A stretch of 63,054 nt of DNA, counting the filler, from Gemmatimonadota bacterium (GTDB taxonomy: Bacteria; 4572-55; J002), in the NCBI GenBank assembly GCA_003697105.1. It is 4 parts of 4 records of this genome, joined end to end, with 100 filler letters (N's around TTAATTAATTAA, not from the genome) between each part and the next. Parts side by side here need not be neighbours in the genome. Positions count along the whole stretch, not along the records: positions 1 to 13,498 come from RFFQ01000023.1; positions 13,599 to 32,061 come from RFFQ01000024.1; 2 more parts are not named here. One strand, given 5' to 3'. Position numbers and translations under genes: made by a program. The notes beneath the pieces were generated by a model that ran no database searches, was not told the origin of the DNA, and worked only from the letters and a program-made list of their open reading frames with translations. Positions 9,105 to 17,910 of the stretch are shown piece after piece (position 1 is the stretch's first letter; the number at the start of each line of letters is the position of its first letter).

Positions 9105-11051
9105 ATGAATAAATGGATTAACATCACGCTCCCGGATGGTAGCGTCCGCGAATTTGAAGCCGGTGTCACGGGAATGGATATTGCCAAGCGTATCAGCAAA
9201 AAGCTGAAAAAAGCCGCCATTGCCGCCAAAGTCAATGGTGTCGTCGTCGATTTGTCGCGTCCCATTGAGCAAGATGCAACGGTGGAAATTTTAACCTTTG
9301 ATGACCCGGAAGGGCGGGAGGTATATCGGCATTCCTCCACACATATTATGGCGCAGGCGGTAACGGAGCTGTTCCCAGAGGCAAAACCGACCCTGGGACC
9401 GCCGCTGGATGATATGTTCTATTATGATTTTGATGTCCCAAAACCCTTCACTCCAGAGGATTTAGCCGCCATTGAAAAACGTGCCAACCATATCATCAAA
9501 CAAAATTTGGAGTTCAAACGATTTGAACTGTCCCGTGAGGAAGCTCTAAAATTTTATCACGAACGGGTGCCCAATCATTACAAGTGTGAAATTATTGAGG
9601 ACTACCCGGAAGAAGAAACGTGGTCGTTCTATCAACAGGGGGATGGTGAGAACGGCTGGGTGGATATGTGCCGCGGACCGCATGTCCCCTCCACTGGGCG
9701 GATCAAGCAATTCAAAATTTTGAAGGCCTCGGGCGCGTACTGGCGCGGTAATGAAAACAACAAAATGTTGCAACGCATCTACGGCACGGCATACGAATCA
9801 AAAGAACAATTAGAAGCACATTTGCACCGGCTTGAAGAGGCGGAAAAACGAGACCACCGCCGGCTCGGGCGTGAACTCGACCTGTTTAGTTTCCACTCTG
9901 AAGATGCCGGCGCCGGTTTCGCCTACTGGCACCATAAAGGCGCCCTGATCCGGGAATTGGTGGAAAACTTCCTCAAGGAAGAACAGCGGAAACGGGGGTA
10001 TATCTTTGTGGTCAGCCCGCATGTGGTCTCGGCGGAACTTTACAAAACCAGCGGGCACTACGAATTTTTCCGGGATAACATGTATCCGGTGGAGATCGAA
10101 GGGGAGGAGTATTTCATCAAACCGATGAATTGCCCCTGCCACGTGAAGATTTTTGATACCAAATTGCACAGCTACCGCGATCTACCTGTGCGCATGGCAG
10201 AGTTCGGCACGGTCTATCGCTATGAAAAGAGCGGGGTGTTGCATGGCTTGCTCCGTGTACGCGGCTTTACTCAGGATGATGCCCACATCTTTTGCACGGA
10301 AGACCAACTGGACTCGGAAATTCGAGGCGTGATGGATTTGATGGAGTTCATCATGCAGAAATTCGGCTTCCACGAGTATAAAGTCGAACTGAGCGTTGCC
10401 GACCCCAATGATTGGAGCCATTACGCCGGTGAACCGGCCGAGTGGGAGCGGGCGGAACACTCCCTCGTCCAAGCCCTACGCGCCAAAAATTGGGAGTACA
10501 CACGGCACGAAGGCGAAGCGGCATTCTACGGTCCCAAAATCGACCTCAAAGTGGTTGATGCCCTTGGGCGCCCGTGGCAATGCAGTACGGTGCAGTTCGA
10601 TTTTAACCTGCCGCGGCGCTTTGGCTTAAAATACATTGGTTCGGACGGCGAAGCCCACATGCCTTATATGGTGCACCGTGCGATCTATGGCTCGGTGGAA
10701 CGCTTTATCGGGGTGTTGATCGAACAGTACGGCGGTGCCTTTCCCACGTGGTTGGCGCCCACGCAGGTTGTTGTTGCGACAATCACGGATGCTGTGAACG
10801 ACTATGCCCAGTCCGTTGTCCAACAACTGCATGATGCCGGCTTTCGCGTTCATTTGGATGACCGCAATGAAAAAATCGGCTATAAAATCCGTGAACATAC
10901 CACGCAAAAAGTGCCGTATATTCTGGTGGTGGGGCACAAAGAGGCTGAAGCCGGTCAGGTTGCCGTGCGTAAATATGGCGCGGGTGACCAAGGCGTAATT
11001 GCCTTCACGGAATTTCTAGCCGCACTGAACGCCGAAGTCGAAACCGTGTGA
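9105..11051 (+). CDS. thrS: Threonine--tRNA ligase
   Basis: TGS domain (ITLPDGS), HSSTH and CRGPH editing motifs, KPMNCP, RVRGFTQDDAH, FYGPKID, HRAIYGSVERF. GTG 9093 is an alternative start. Confidence 0.99.
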   Translation: MNKWINITLPDGSVREFEAGVTGMDIAKRISKKLKKAAIAAKVNGVVVDLSRPIEQDATVEILTFDDPEGREVYRHSSTHIMAQAVTELFPEAKPTLGPPLDDMFYYDFDVPKPFTPEDLAAIEKRANHIIKQNLEFKRFELSREEALKFYHERVPNHYKCEIIEDYPEEETWSFYQQGDGENGWVDMCRGPHVPSTGRIKQFKILKASGAYWRGNENNKMLQRIYGTAYESKEQLEAHLHRLEEAEKRDHRRLGRELDLFSFHSEDAGAGFAYWHHKGALIRELVENFLKEEQRKRGYIFVVSPHVVSAELYKTSGHYEFFRDNMYPVEIEGEEYFIKPMNCPCHVKIFDTKLHSYRDLPVRMAEFGTVYRYEKSGVLHGLLRVRGFTQDDAHIFCTEDQLDSEIRGVMDLMEFIMQKFGFHEYKVELSVADPNDWSHYAGEPAEWERAEHSLVQALRAKNWEYTRHEGEAAFYGPKIDLKVVDALGRPWQCSTVQFDFNLPRRFGLKYIGSDGEAHMPYMVHRAIYGSVERFIGVLIEQYGGAFPTWLAPTQVVVATITDAVNDYAQSVVQQLHDAGFRVHLDDRNEKIGYKIREHTTQKVPYILVVGHKEAEAGQVAVRKYGAGDQGVIAFTEFLAALNAEVETV

Positions 11052-11091
11052 GTCACCCTCTCCCCCAAAAGTTCATAACCGGTCTATAAGC

Positions 11092-11125
11092 CCCGGTCTC
11101 GTGCGATAGCGAGACCGGGTTTTTT
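11092..11125 (+). terminator. Intrinsic terminator after thrS
   Basis: CCCGGTCTCG...CGAGACCGGG followed by a T run. Confidence 0.8.
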
Positions 11126-11258
11126 ACTTGATAATTTTAGGGGATTGGTTTATTCTAAACCCAGTTTTGCAACCTTGAAATCGCGACTCGAAGAAAAAAA
11201 CGCATGGCGTTACAAGAATGAGTTTATATTGCATCTATTTTGATTGAGGTGGCGGGAT

Positions 11259-12356
11259 ATGAGCCAAATTCGGGTTGGAATTCTTTTTGGCGGGCGCTCC
11301 GCTGAGCATGAAGTCTCGTTGCAATCGGCGAGAAATGTGATTAATGCACTCGATCGCACTCAATATGAGCCGGTACTGATCGGGATTGACAAAACGGGAC
11401 GCTGGTATTTATACGATGAGGCGAATTATCTGTGCCATGCCACAGACCCCAAGCGAATCCAACTGAATACCTCGAATCAGGAGGTGATGCTCGTGCCGGG
11501 TGGGAGCGAGAGCCTCCTGATCCGGTTGGATGAACCTTCGCTCTCCCAGCGGGTGGATGTCGTTTTTCCGGTGTTGCACGGAACATACGGTGAAGATGGC
11601 ACCGTGCAGGGGTTGCTCAAGCTGGTGAATGTGCCGTTTGTGGGGGTAGATGTGCTGGCAGCGGCGGTCTGTATGGATAAAGAGGTCACGAAACGCCTCC
11701 TGCGGGATGCTGGCATCCCCAACGCGGATTTTTTGACCTTTCGCCGGTACCAAAGGACAACGATCGATTACCGGCAGGTAACGGAACGGCTGGGAACCCA
11801 TTTGTTCATCAAACCGGCAAATTTGGGGTCGTCCGTCGGGATTCGTCGTGCCCGCAATGAAGACCAATTTTGGCAGGCGGTTGATCTGGCATTTGAATAT
11901 GATACCAAGCTCATTGTGGAGCAGGCTATCCCAGGGCGGGAGATTGAAATTGCCGTGCTCGGTAATGAAAATCCCATTGCCTCTCTACCGGGCGAGGTCA
12001 TCTCCCCGGATTTTTATTCCTACGAGGCAAAGTATATCACCGACGAATCAACCCTGCATATTCCAGCGGAGCTACCAAAAGAGACTATTCAGCGCCTGCA
12101 AGAGCTGGCGACCCGGGTGTTTCGGGTATTGGAGTGCGAAGGTATGGCGCGGGTGGATTTCTTTCTGCAACCGGATGGCACGTTGCTGGTCAACGAGGTT
12201 AATACCATTCCGGGTTTTACCCCGATCAGCATGTATCCCAAGTTGTGGGCCGTGAGCGGGCTGGCGTACCCCGACCTTATTGATCGCTTGATTCAACTGG
12301 CAATTGAGCGGCATCAACGGGACCAACAATTGAAAACTACCTTTTCCGTGATGTAG
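11259..12356 (+). CDS. ddl: D-alanine--D-alanine ligase (DdlA-like)
   Basis: FGGRSAEHEVS, LHGTYGEDG, GSSVG, FYSYEAKY, NEVNTIPGFT. Confidence 0.97.
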   Translation: MSQIRVGILFGGRSAEHEVSLQSARNVINALDRTQYEPVLIGIDKTGRWYLYDEANYLCHATDPKRIQLNTSNQEVMLVPGGSESLLIRLDEPSLSQRVDVVFPVLHGTYGEDGTVQGLLKLVNVPFVGVDVLAAAVCMDKEVTKRLLRDAGIPNADFLTFRRYQRTTIDYRQVTERLGTHLFIKPANLGSSVGIRRARNEDQFWQAVDLAFEYDTKLIVEQAIPGREIEIAVLGNENPIASLPGEVISPDFYSYEAKYITDESTLHIPAELPKETIQRLQELATRVFRVLECEGMARVDFFLQPDGTLLVNEVNTIPGFTPISMYPKLWAVSGLAYPDLIDRLIQLAIERHQRDQQLKTTFSVM

Positions 12357-12362
12357 GCAGTT

Positions 12363-13148
12363 ATGACATCGTATCATTTTTTCCAGAGTTTATGGCACTC
12401 GTTTTATGATGCTGACTTTTACCGCGAAATTGGGCAACGAGGGCAGGGGTGGGGGCTGTTACATCTCTTTTTAGTGCTCAGCCTCTTCTGGATTCCTCAA
12501 TTGATTCATCTCCAACAGGACTTTGTCAATGAGATCGGCGCGGAAGCCGAACAATTTTTCCAGCAAGTCCCGGCGATTGTCATTTCAGACGGCACCGTGT
12601 TGATCAATGAACCCATGCCCTACCGAATTCAAGTCTATAATCCGGTGGAAAATGACACCTTGATTGTCGTCATTGATACCAGCGGCACTTACACCGACCC
12701 GGATCAACTCAACGCTAAACTGCTGTTGACCAAACACGAACTGATCGTCAAGCAGAGTGAGAGCGAGACCCAACGCTATAATTTGCAAGAGATCGAGACG
12801 TTTATCATCAATGAGCACCGGATGCGAGAGTGGTTTAAGGCATTCCAAACTTGGTTTGCGGTGTTTATGTATCCCTTTTTGGTGTTTGCGTCCTACATCT
12901 TCCGGTTAGCAGAGGCATTTTTACTGGCGTGGGGGGCGCACCTTTGGGTCAAACCCGATATGCTGGCGTATCGCACTCTTGTGCGTCTGATGATTGTTTC
13001 TCTCACACCGGTGATTATCATCAAAACCCTACTTTCGGTGGTTGGGATTCCGCCGGTATTTTGGTTGATGTTTCCGATCACGGTTGGGTATTATCTATTT
13101 GCGTTACGAGCCAATCTGGAAGCCCCGCCACAGTCCGCCAACCCCTAA
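12363..13148 (+). CDS. Membrane protein, DUF1189-like
   Basis: One N-terminal TM helix, an extracytoplasmic domain (IDT motif) and 3-4 C-terminal TM helices; family assignment from pattern recall. Confidence 0.6.
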   Translation: MTSYHFFQSLWHSFYDADFYREIGQRGQGWGLLHLFLVLSLFWIPQLIHLQQDFVNEIGAEAEQFFQQVPAIVISDGTVLINEPMPYRIQVYNPVENDTLIVVIDTSGTYTDPDQLNAKLLLTKHELIVKQSESETQRYNLQEIETFIINEHRMREWFKAFQTWFAVFMYPFLVFASYIFRLAEAFLLAWGAHLWVKPDMLAYRTLVRLMIVSLTPVIIIKTLLSVVGIPPVFWLMFPITVGYYLFALRANLEAPPQSANP

Positions 13149-13398
13149 GGAAATACTTGATCTTTCTTTAGGGATGATGTAATCTAAATCGAGGCTTCGA
13201 GTGCGCTCAAAACCCGATTCACCGGCGGGTGAGCACCATATCGAGATGCAATCACTTCCGCCGCATTGAGCCGGTGAGTGAGCCAGCCAATCCGAGCAAA
13301 TGCGAATTAAGGTGCAATGCGTGTGCATCGCACCCGGGAAGAACTTCCTTGGAGGACTGCCAGTCCTCCAAAACTTATTTTACTCAATACTCAATTTT

Positions 13399-13498
13399 CC
13401 CGACATTCCGCACCCCCTATGTTATGAATAGACATTTTTATATCGGGGTCCGAGACCGTCCAGAATAGTTTGGTGTGTTTCATTGAGATTTAGCACCA
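13399..13498 (-). mobile_element. IS1634-family element end A: transposase C-terminal fragment (13422-13496) and terminus
   Basis: Minus strand reads VLNLNETHQTILDGLGPRYKNVYS*, followed by GGGGGTGCGGAATGTCGGG; cut by the gap. Confidence 0.7.
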
Positions 13499-13598
13499 NN
13501 NNNNNNNNNNNNNNNNNNNNNNNNNNNNNNNNNNNNNNNNNNTTAATTAATTAANNNNNNNNNNNNNNNNNNNNNNNNNNNNNNNNNNNNNNNNNNNN
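13499..13598. other. Assembly gap (N run with TTAATTAATTAA linker)
   Basis: 100 nt of N containing an artificial all-frame stop linker. Confidence 0.99.
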
Positions 13599-13895
13599 AA
13601 AGAACAGGATGAAACGATACCAAATCAGATCAAGCAACCGACACAAACACCAACCTTGAGATGGGTATTTCAACTCATGGAAGGCATCAATCGGGTCATC
13701 CTCAACATTGATGGTAACATTCAGGTTGTCATCGAAGGAGTCACTGAAATTAGAGAAAAGATTATTCGATTATTTGGACCGGAAGTCCTGAAAATATATC
13801 AACTGGAACCGACGTAACTACATGAGAAAATGAGCGCAAAGAAAAATCTATAAGCATAAATCATTTTTTGTCCTACGTAAACTGCTCAATGTGGG
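13599..13895 (+). mobile_element. IS1634-family element end B: transposase C-terminal fragment (13599-13817) and terminus
   Basis: Reads KEQDETIPNQIKQPTQTPTLRWVFQLMEGI...KIIRLFGPEVLKIYQLEPT*. The PNQ..PT..PT.RWVFQ pattern is recognised as IS1634-type. Ends in CTGCTCAATGTGGG. Confidence 0.82.
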
Positions 13896-13919
13896 TTCTA
13901 AGCGGGTTTTTTATTTTAA

Positions 13920-13948
13920 TTGACATCCTTTTTTAGATCGTGTATACT
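13920..13948 (+). promoter_or_regulatory. Sigma70-type promoter for the HhH protein gene
   Basis: TTGACA-17 nt-TATACT. Confidence 0.7.
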
Positions 13949-13999
13949 CCCAGCACAAATCCGTTCTATTTCTCATTTGACAAGGATATACCTCAAAAA

Positions 14000-16651
14000 A
14001 TGATACGGTTAATCGCTTTTTACGGAATCGCTTTCGGATTGCTCCTATTTTTATGCTTACCCGTGTTAGATGCCGCCGAAACCCCTCTCCTTGACCTCAA
14101 TCGTGCTTTAATTTCCGACATTGAGCAACTGCCGGGAGTCTCTCCAGAACTAGCTGAAGCTATTTTTTATCGCCGGGAGACCACCGGTTATTTTGAGAGC
14201 ATCTTTGACCTACGGAATGTGCCCGGCATGACTCCAGAGGTTTTCCTACAAATTCGCCCGCTCGTACGGATTGAAATCCCAGCAGACACGAATCAGGATG
14301 TCTTGGAAAAGATCGAGCGTTTACAATCCCGCCTTGCGGGTGAAGATGGTGTCCCTTCGGAAATGGCACTCGACCAATGGGAAGATTTGCTGATCGACCC
14401 CATGAATGTCAATGAAGCCACCATCGATGAATTGACCATGCTTGACAATGTTTCTCTGATTGATGCCGCCGCCATTGCCCGCCGAAAATGGGAGAAAAGC
14501 CACATTCAGGATTCCCGCAGTTTGCGCCGCACGGCAGGCCTTAGCTATTACGGTTACCGCAATATGCGCGATTACCTGACCTATACCTCTCCGCCCGCCA
14601 CCTTGACCTTTCACGGAAATTATCAGGTGCGCTGGCAAAGTGATAATCTTCTGCAAACCAGTTCCGATTTCGGTATTGAAAGCATGATCGAAGAGACCTA
14701 CAACCGCTGGTGGGAGGTTTCGGAAACCAATCCCGGTTACATTGATCCAACAGAAACTACCCTCCGTGAAACCTTAGAAGCCGCCGGTTGGAGTAAAGCC
14801 AAAATTGATGCTTACCAAGACCAAATGTGGGCTTTATATAATGAACTGAACGGCTACCGTCCCAACGGGTCACTGATCCAAAAATTGCGGGGACGTTTAG
14901 GACAGCGGGTCAAATTTGGCTTTTTGACCAAAAAAGCACCGGGTGAGGAATCCTTTACGGCGTTGGTCAAAGGATATGCCAGTGTTCATGAACTATACCT
15001 TCGCCCCAAATCCCGCGTGAATGATTTCCGTTACGGGATGGATAAACTGGTCGTCGGGAATTACCGGCTTGCCTTCGGACAAGGTTTGACCATGGACAAC
15101 ACCGATGAGCAACGTGACCGCACTACAGACCGTACAACCGGTCTATTTGGGGATGCTTCTTCTATTGATGAATTTCAGTTGCGCGGGGCGGCGGGTCAAT
15201 TTTCGTGGGGACGGCTCCAATCCATCCTCTTTCTATCGCAGGTGGAACGGGATGCCGTGCCCAATTTCACCGATCCCACGGATCCGGATGATCCCTTGCG
15301 GAATACCGTCAACACCCTGATTGTCGCCTCACCAACCCCCTCTATGTTTGAAGACCAGGTGGAAGAGACCACAAGCGGAGGATATGTTCGGTTGGATTTA
15401 GGGCGGCTATGGAAATTCCCGATAGGTACCCGAATCGGATTTTTGAAGTATCAGAGCCATTACAACAAAGCCTTTGTCCCAGACCCGTACTCGCTTGATA
15501 TTCCGGACAGCCCTATCGGACAGGGCAGTAATGAACTGGAAGACCCCAATTACCTGAATCTGTGGAGCGGTAACACTCGCGAGGTACTCGGGGTCGATTT
15601 TCAGACCGTCATCAGTGAGAATTATTCCCTAGAGGGCGAATTTTCCCATTTGCAGGGTGCGGAGGATGGCAATGCGGTGGTACTTAAAGCGCGCGCCGTT
15701 TATGATGATATTTATCTGTTGGCAATTTACCGCCGTACCGGCCTCGGTTACGATAATCCCTACAGCCGCCCGTTTAAGGAACAACGTAAATTTGATGACA
15801 CCCAGCTTGAACGCGAATATCGTTTGCTCAACCCGGTCACGAAAGTATTGGAAGATATGCCCTATGCCAAAGCCGAAGAGGGTATCTATTTGGAAACGCG
15901 CTACCAACTCTCGCGCTCTTTCACTATCACCAAAATGTATATCGATTTATGGAAAAACAGGGCATACGATCTGGCAAATCTGCGATTCCAAACGGAATTG
16001 GAATATCGACCCATTTTTCCCTTGCGATTTCGTCTAAAATGGAAGCATCAGGAGAAACAGCGGGGGCGTCCCGTTGTACCAACCCGTTCGATAACGGATG
16101 AATTAACCTTCCGGGTATTTTGTCTGATCACGGAGAACGATTTTTTCCAGATCGAAGCCTTCCATGCGCAAACAAATGTGACATCCTCCCCCACCATTGC
16201 CGGTGATCCCATTTGGGAGGATGGGGTATCCGACCCGACCTATATCGCCCGGGATGAACTTATCCAAGGACATATTATCGGGGCAACGTGGGAACGCAAC
16301 CTTTCACCCCGATTATCCGTTAAAGGCTGGTATGGGGTGTGGGGTGGCTTTAGCGGGGGCAGTGTTTGGCATTTTGAAGACATCGGGATTGACTTCTTGG
16401 ATGGACGCGGTACCAAATATTATGTCACGATTTCAGACCGGCTCTCAGATCAAGTGCAGTTACGGCTTAAATTTCGGGCTAAACATTTAGAATACCCCCA
16501 TACCAATCTGATCCATCAGGCAAATGAGGATGGAATCGCTACCGGTTCAGACCAATATCACTTTGCCAACGGCATGCCCATCCCATTCAGCCAATTTGAA
16601 GACCGTTTAGATGTCTATAGCGTGGATATCCGGTTTGATTACCGCTGGTAA
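14000..16651 (+). CDS. Exported ComEA-like helix-hairpin-helix protein with probable C-terminal beta-barrel
   Basis: Signal peptide; LDLN...LPGVS...LAEAI...VPGM and a second MNVNEAT..L..L HhH unit; beta-strand-rich C-terminus ending RFDYRW. Confidence 0.78.
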   Translation: MIRLIAFYGIAFGLLLFLCLPVLDAAETPLLDLNRALISDIEQLPGVSPELAEAIFYRRETTGYFESIFDLRNVPGMTPEVFLQIRPLVRIEIPADTNQDVLEKIERLQSRLAGEDGVPSEMALDQWEDLLIDPMNVNEATIDELTMLDNVSLIDAAAIARRKWEKSHIQDSRSLRRTAGLSYYGYRNMRDYLTYTSPPATLTFHGNYQVRWQSDNLLQTSSDFGIESMIEETYNRWWEVSETNPGYIDPTETTLRETLEAAGWSKAKIDAYQDQMWALYNELNGYRPNGSLIQKLRGRLGQRVKFGFLTKKAPGEESFTALVKGYASVHELYLRPKSRVNDFRYGMDKLVVGNYRLAFGQGLTMDNTDEQRDRTTDRTTGLFGDASSIDEFQLRGAAGQFSWGRLQSILFLSQVERDAVPNFTDPTDPDDPLRNTVNTLIVASPTPSMFEDQVEETTSGGYVRLDLGRLWKFPIGTRIGFLKYQSHYNKAFVPDPYSLDIPDSPIGQGSNELEDPNYLNLWSGNTREVLGVDFQTVISENYSLEGEFSHLQGAEDGNAVVLKARAVYDDIYLLAIYRRTGLGYDNPYSRPFKEQRKFDDTQLEREYRLLNPVTKVLEDMPYAKAEEGIYLETRYQLSRSFTITKMYIDLWKNRAYDLANLRFQTELEYRPIFPLRFRLKWKHQEKQRGRPVVPTRSITDELTFRVFCLITENDFFQIEAFHAQTNVTSSPTIAGDPIWEDGVSDPTYIARDELIQGHIIGATWERNLSPRLSVKGWYGVWGGFSGGSVWHFEDIGIDFLDGRGTKYYVTISDRLSDQVQLRLKFRAKHLEYPHTNLIHQANEDGIATGSDQYHFANGMPIPFSQFEDRLDVYSVDIRFDYRW

Positions 16652-16734
16652 CCCGTTATTTCCCTTATATTTCAGAGATTATTGATAGCCAATAGGAAGA
16701 TCCTGTTGGCTATTTTGTCAATTTGAGGTGGATG

Positions 16735-17823
16735 ATGAGTTCCATTATACCCCCGCCGCTTCAAGGTAACATTCGTGACCTCATTCGAGCGCCCCGGTTG
16801 GCATTTAACGCCAAAAAAGTGTGGCTCTTGGTGCCGGTTGTCCTTACCGGGTGGTTAATTTACACCGGCGCACTTTATGCCGGTTATGCCCTCAGCGGCG
16901 TTTCTATCCGGGAGGTATGGGATACCTTCGCATTTTTTCCGCCCCTCAGTCGTGGGTTGACCTCATGGGGGTGGGTAGTAGTGATTTCGGGTCTGGTCGT
17001 GGCACTTGTTCTCTTGCTCTTGGGATCAACTGGCATTGCCAAAATCACTGCCGAGCAGTTACGGGGTGATGATTTTTATCCCGTACGGGAAACGTGGCAA
17101 TTTATTCGTGAGAATGCGACCCGGATTGTACTTTCCCCGCTTCTATTGATCCTTTTTTTCGGGATGTTGATTTTTGGAGCATGGCTTATTAGTTTTTTCG
17201 GCAGAATTCCGGGGATTGGTCCTCTGCTCCTCGCCCTGTTAACCATTCCGGCATATTTTTATGGAATGTTCACCTTGTTAATTGGTGCCGTAGCGGGCAT
17301 TGCCTTGATCTTTTCACCTGCAGTGACCGTTCTGACCACGGGGGATACCTTTGACGCCCTCTTTGACTATTTCTGGATTGGTGTGTACGAGTTAGGGCGG
17401 CTCTTGATCTATCTCCCCTATGCCCTATTGCTGGGGATGGGTGCGGCTCTCGGGTTGGGTGCGGTGAGTGTGCTGATTTTTACCTTGCTCGGCACCATTG
17501 CCGTGGCAGTCAATGGGATTCCTCTACTGGAGATGATCGCGGCAGCACGCCACTATTTACCGCTGGAATTCCTCGGCCAGACCGTCTCATCCGGCGGTGG
17601 TTTTGCCGCATTTGTGATGGGGATGGGTTTTATCTTTACCGTTACCATCTGCGTTGCGTATGGCTGGACAACCTTCATCATCGCCACGTTGCTCTTTTTC
17701 AATGGAGTCTATTTCCGGCGTGAGGGGCAACATCAACTGCAATGGCAATGGATCGATGATGAACCGGAACCCGTTCAACCGGCGACCTCTACCGCCCCTG
17801 ATGCGCCACCACCATCATCCTGA
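16735..17823 (+). CDS. Polytopic membrane protein of unknown function
   Basis: About 7-8 hydrophobic segments; Pro-rich tail; GAGGTG RBS. Confidence 0.75.
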   Translation: MSSIIPPPLQGNIRDLIRAPRLAFNAKKVWLLVPVVLTGWLIYTGALYAGYALSGVSIREVWDTFAFFPPLSRGLTSWGWVVVISGLVVALVLLLLGSTGIAKITAEQLRGDDFYPVRETWQFIRENATRIVLSPLLLILFFGMLIFGAWLISFFGRIPGIGPLLLALLTIPAYFYGMFTLLIGAVAGIALIFSPAVTVLTTGDTFDALFDYFWIGVYELGRLLIYLPYALLLGMGAALGLGAVSVLIFTLLGTIAVAVNGIPLLEMIAAARHYLPLEFLGQTVSSGGGFAAFVMGMGFIFTVTICVAYGWTTFIIATLLFFNGVYFRREGQHQLQWQWIDDEPEPVQPATSTAPDAPPPSS

Positions 17824-17910
17824 TATTTTTGCTTGCGCTCTCCTTCGGGATCGGTTACTATTAATTCAAAATACGCTTTACTTTTTAGCAGGTTACATCA
17901 GCGAGCCGCT

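Noticed and set aside
11259-12356. Van-type D-Ala-D-Lac ligase
   Set aside because: Omega loop FYSYEAKY is the D-Ala-D-Ala type and no van genes are adjacent.
13104-13468. ORF-track ORFs 13104-13328 and 13229-13468
   Set aside because: They cross palindromes and the IS terminus and have no coding signature; a small gene remnant cannot be excluded.
13543-13554. TTAATTAATTAA repeated inside all three N runs
   Set aside because: Artificial contig linker with stops in all frames; not biological.
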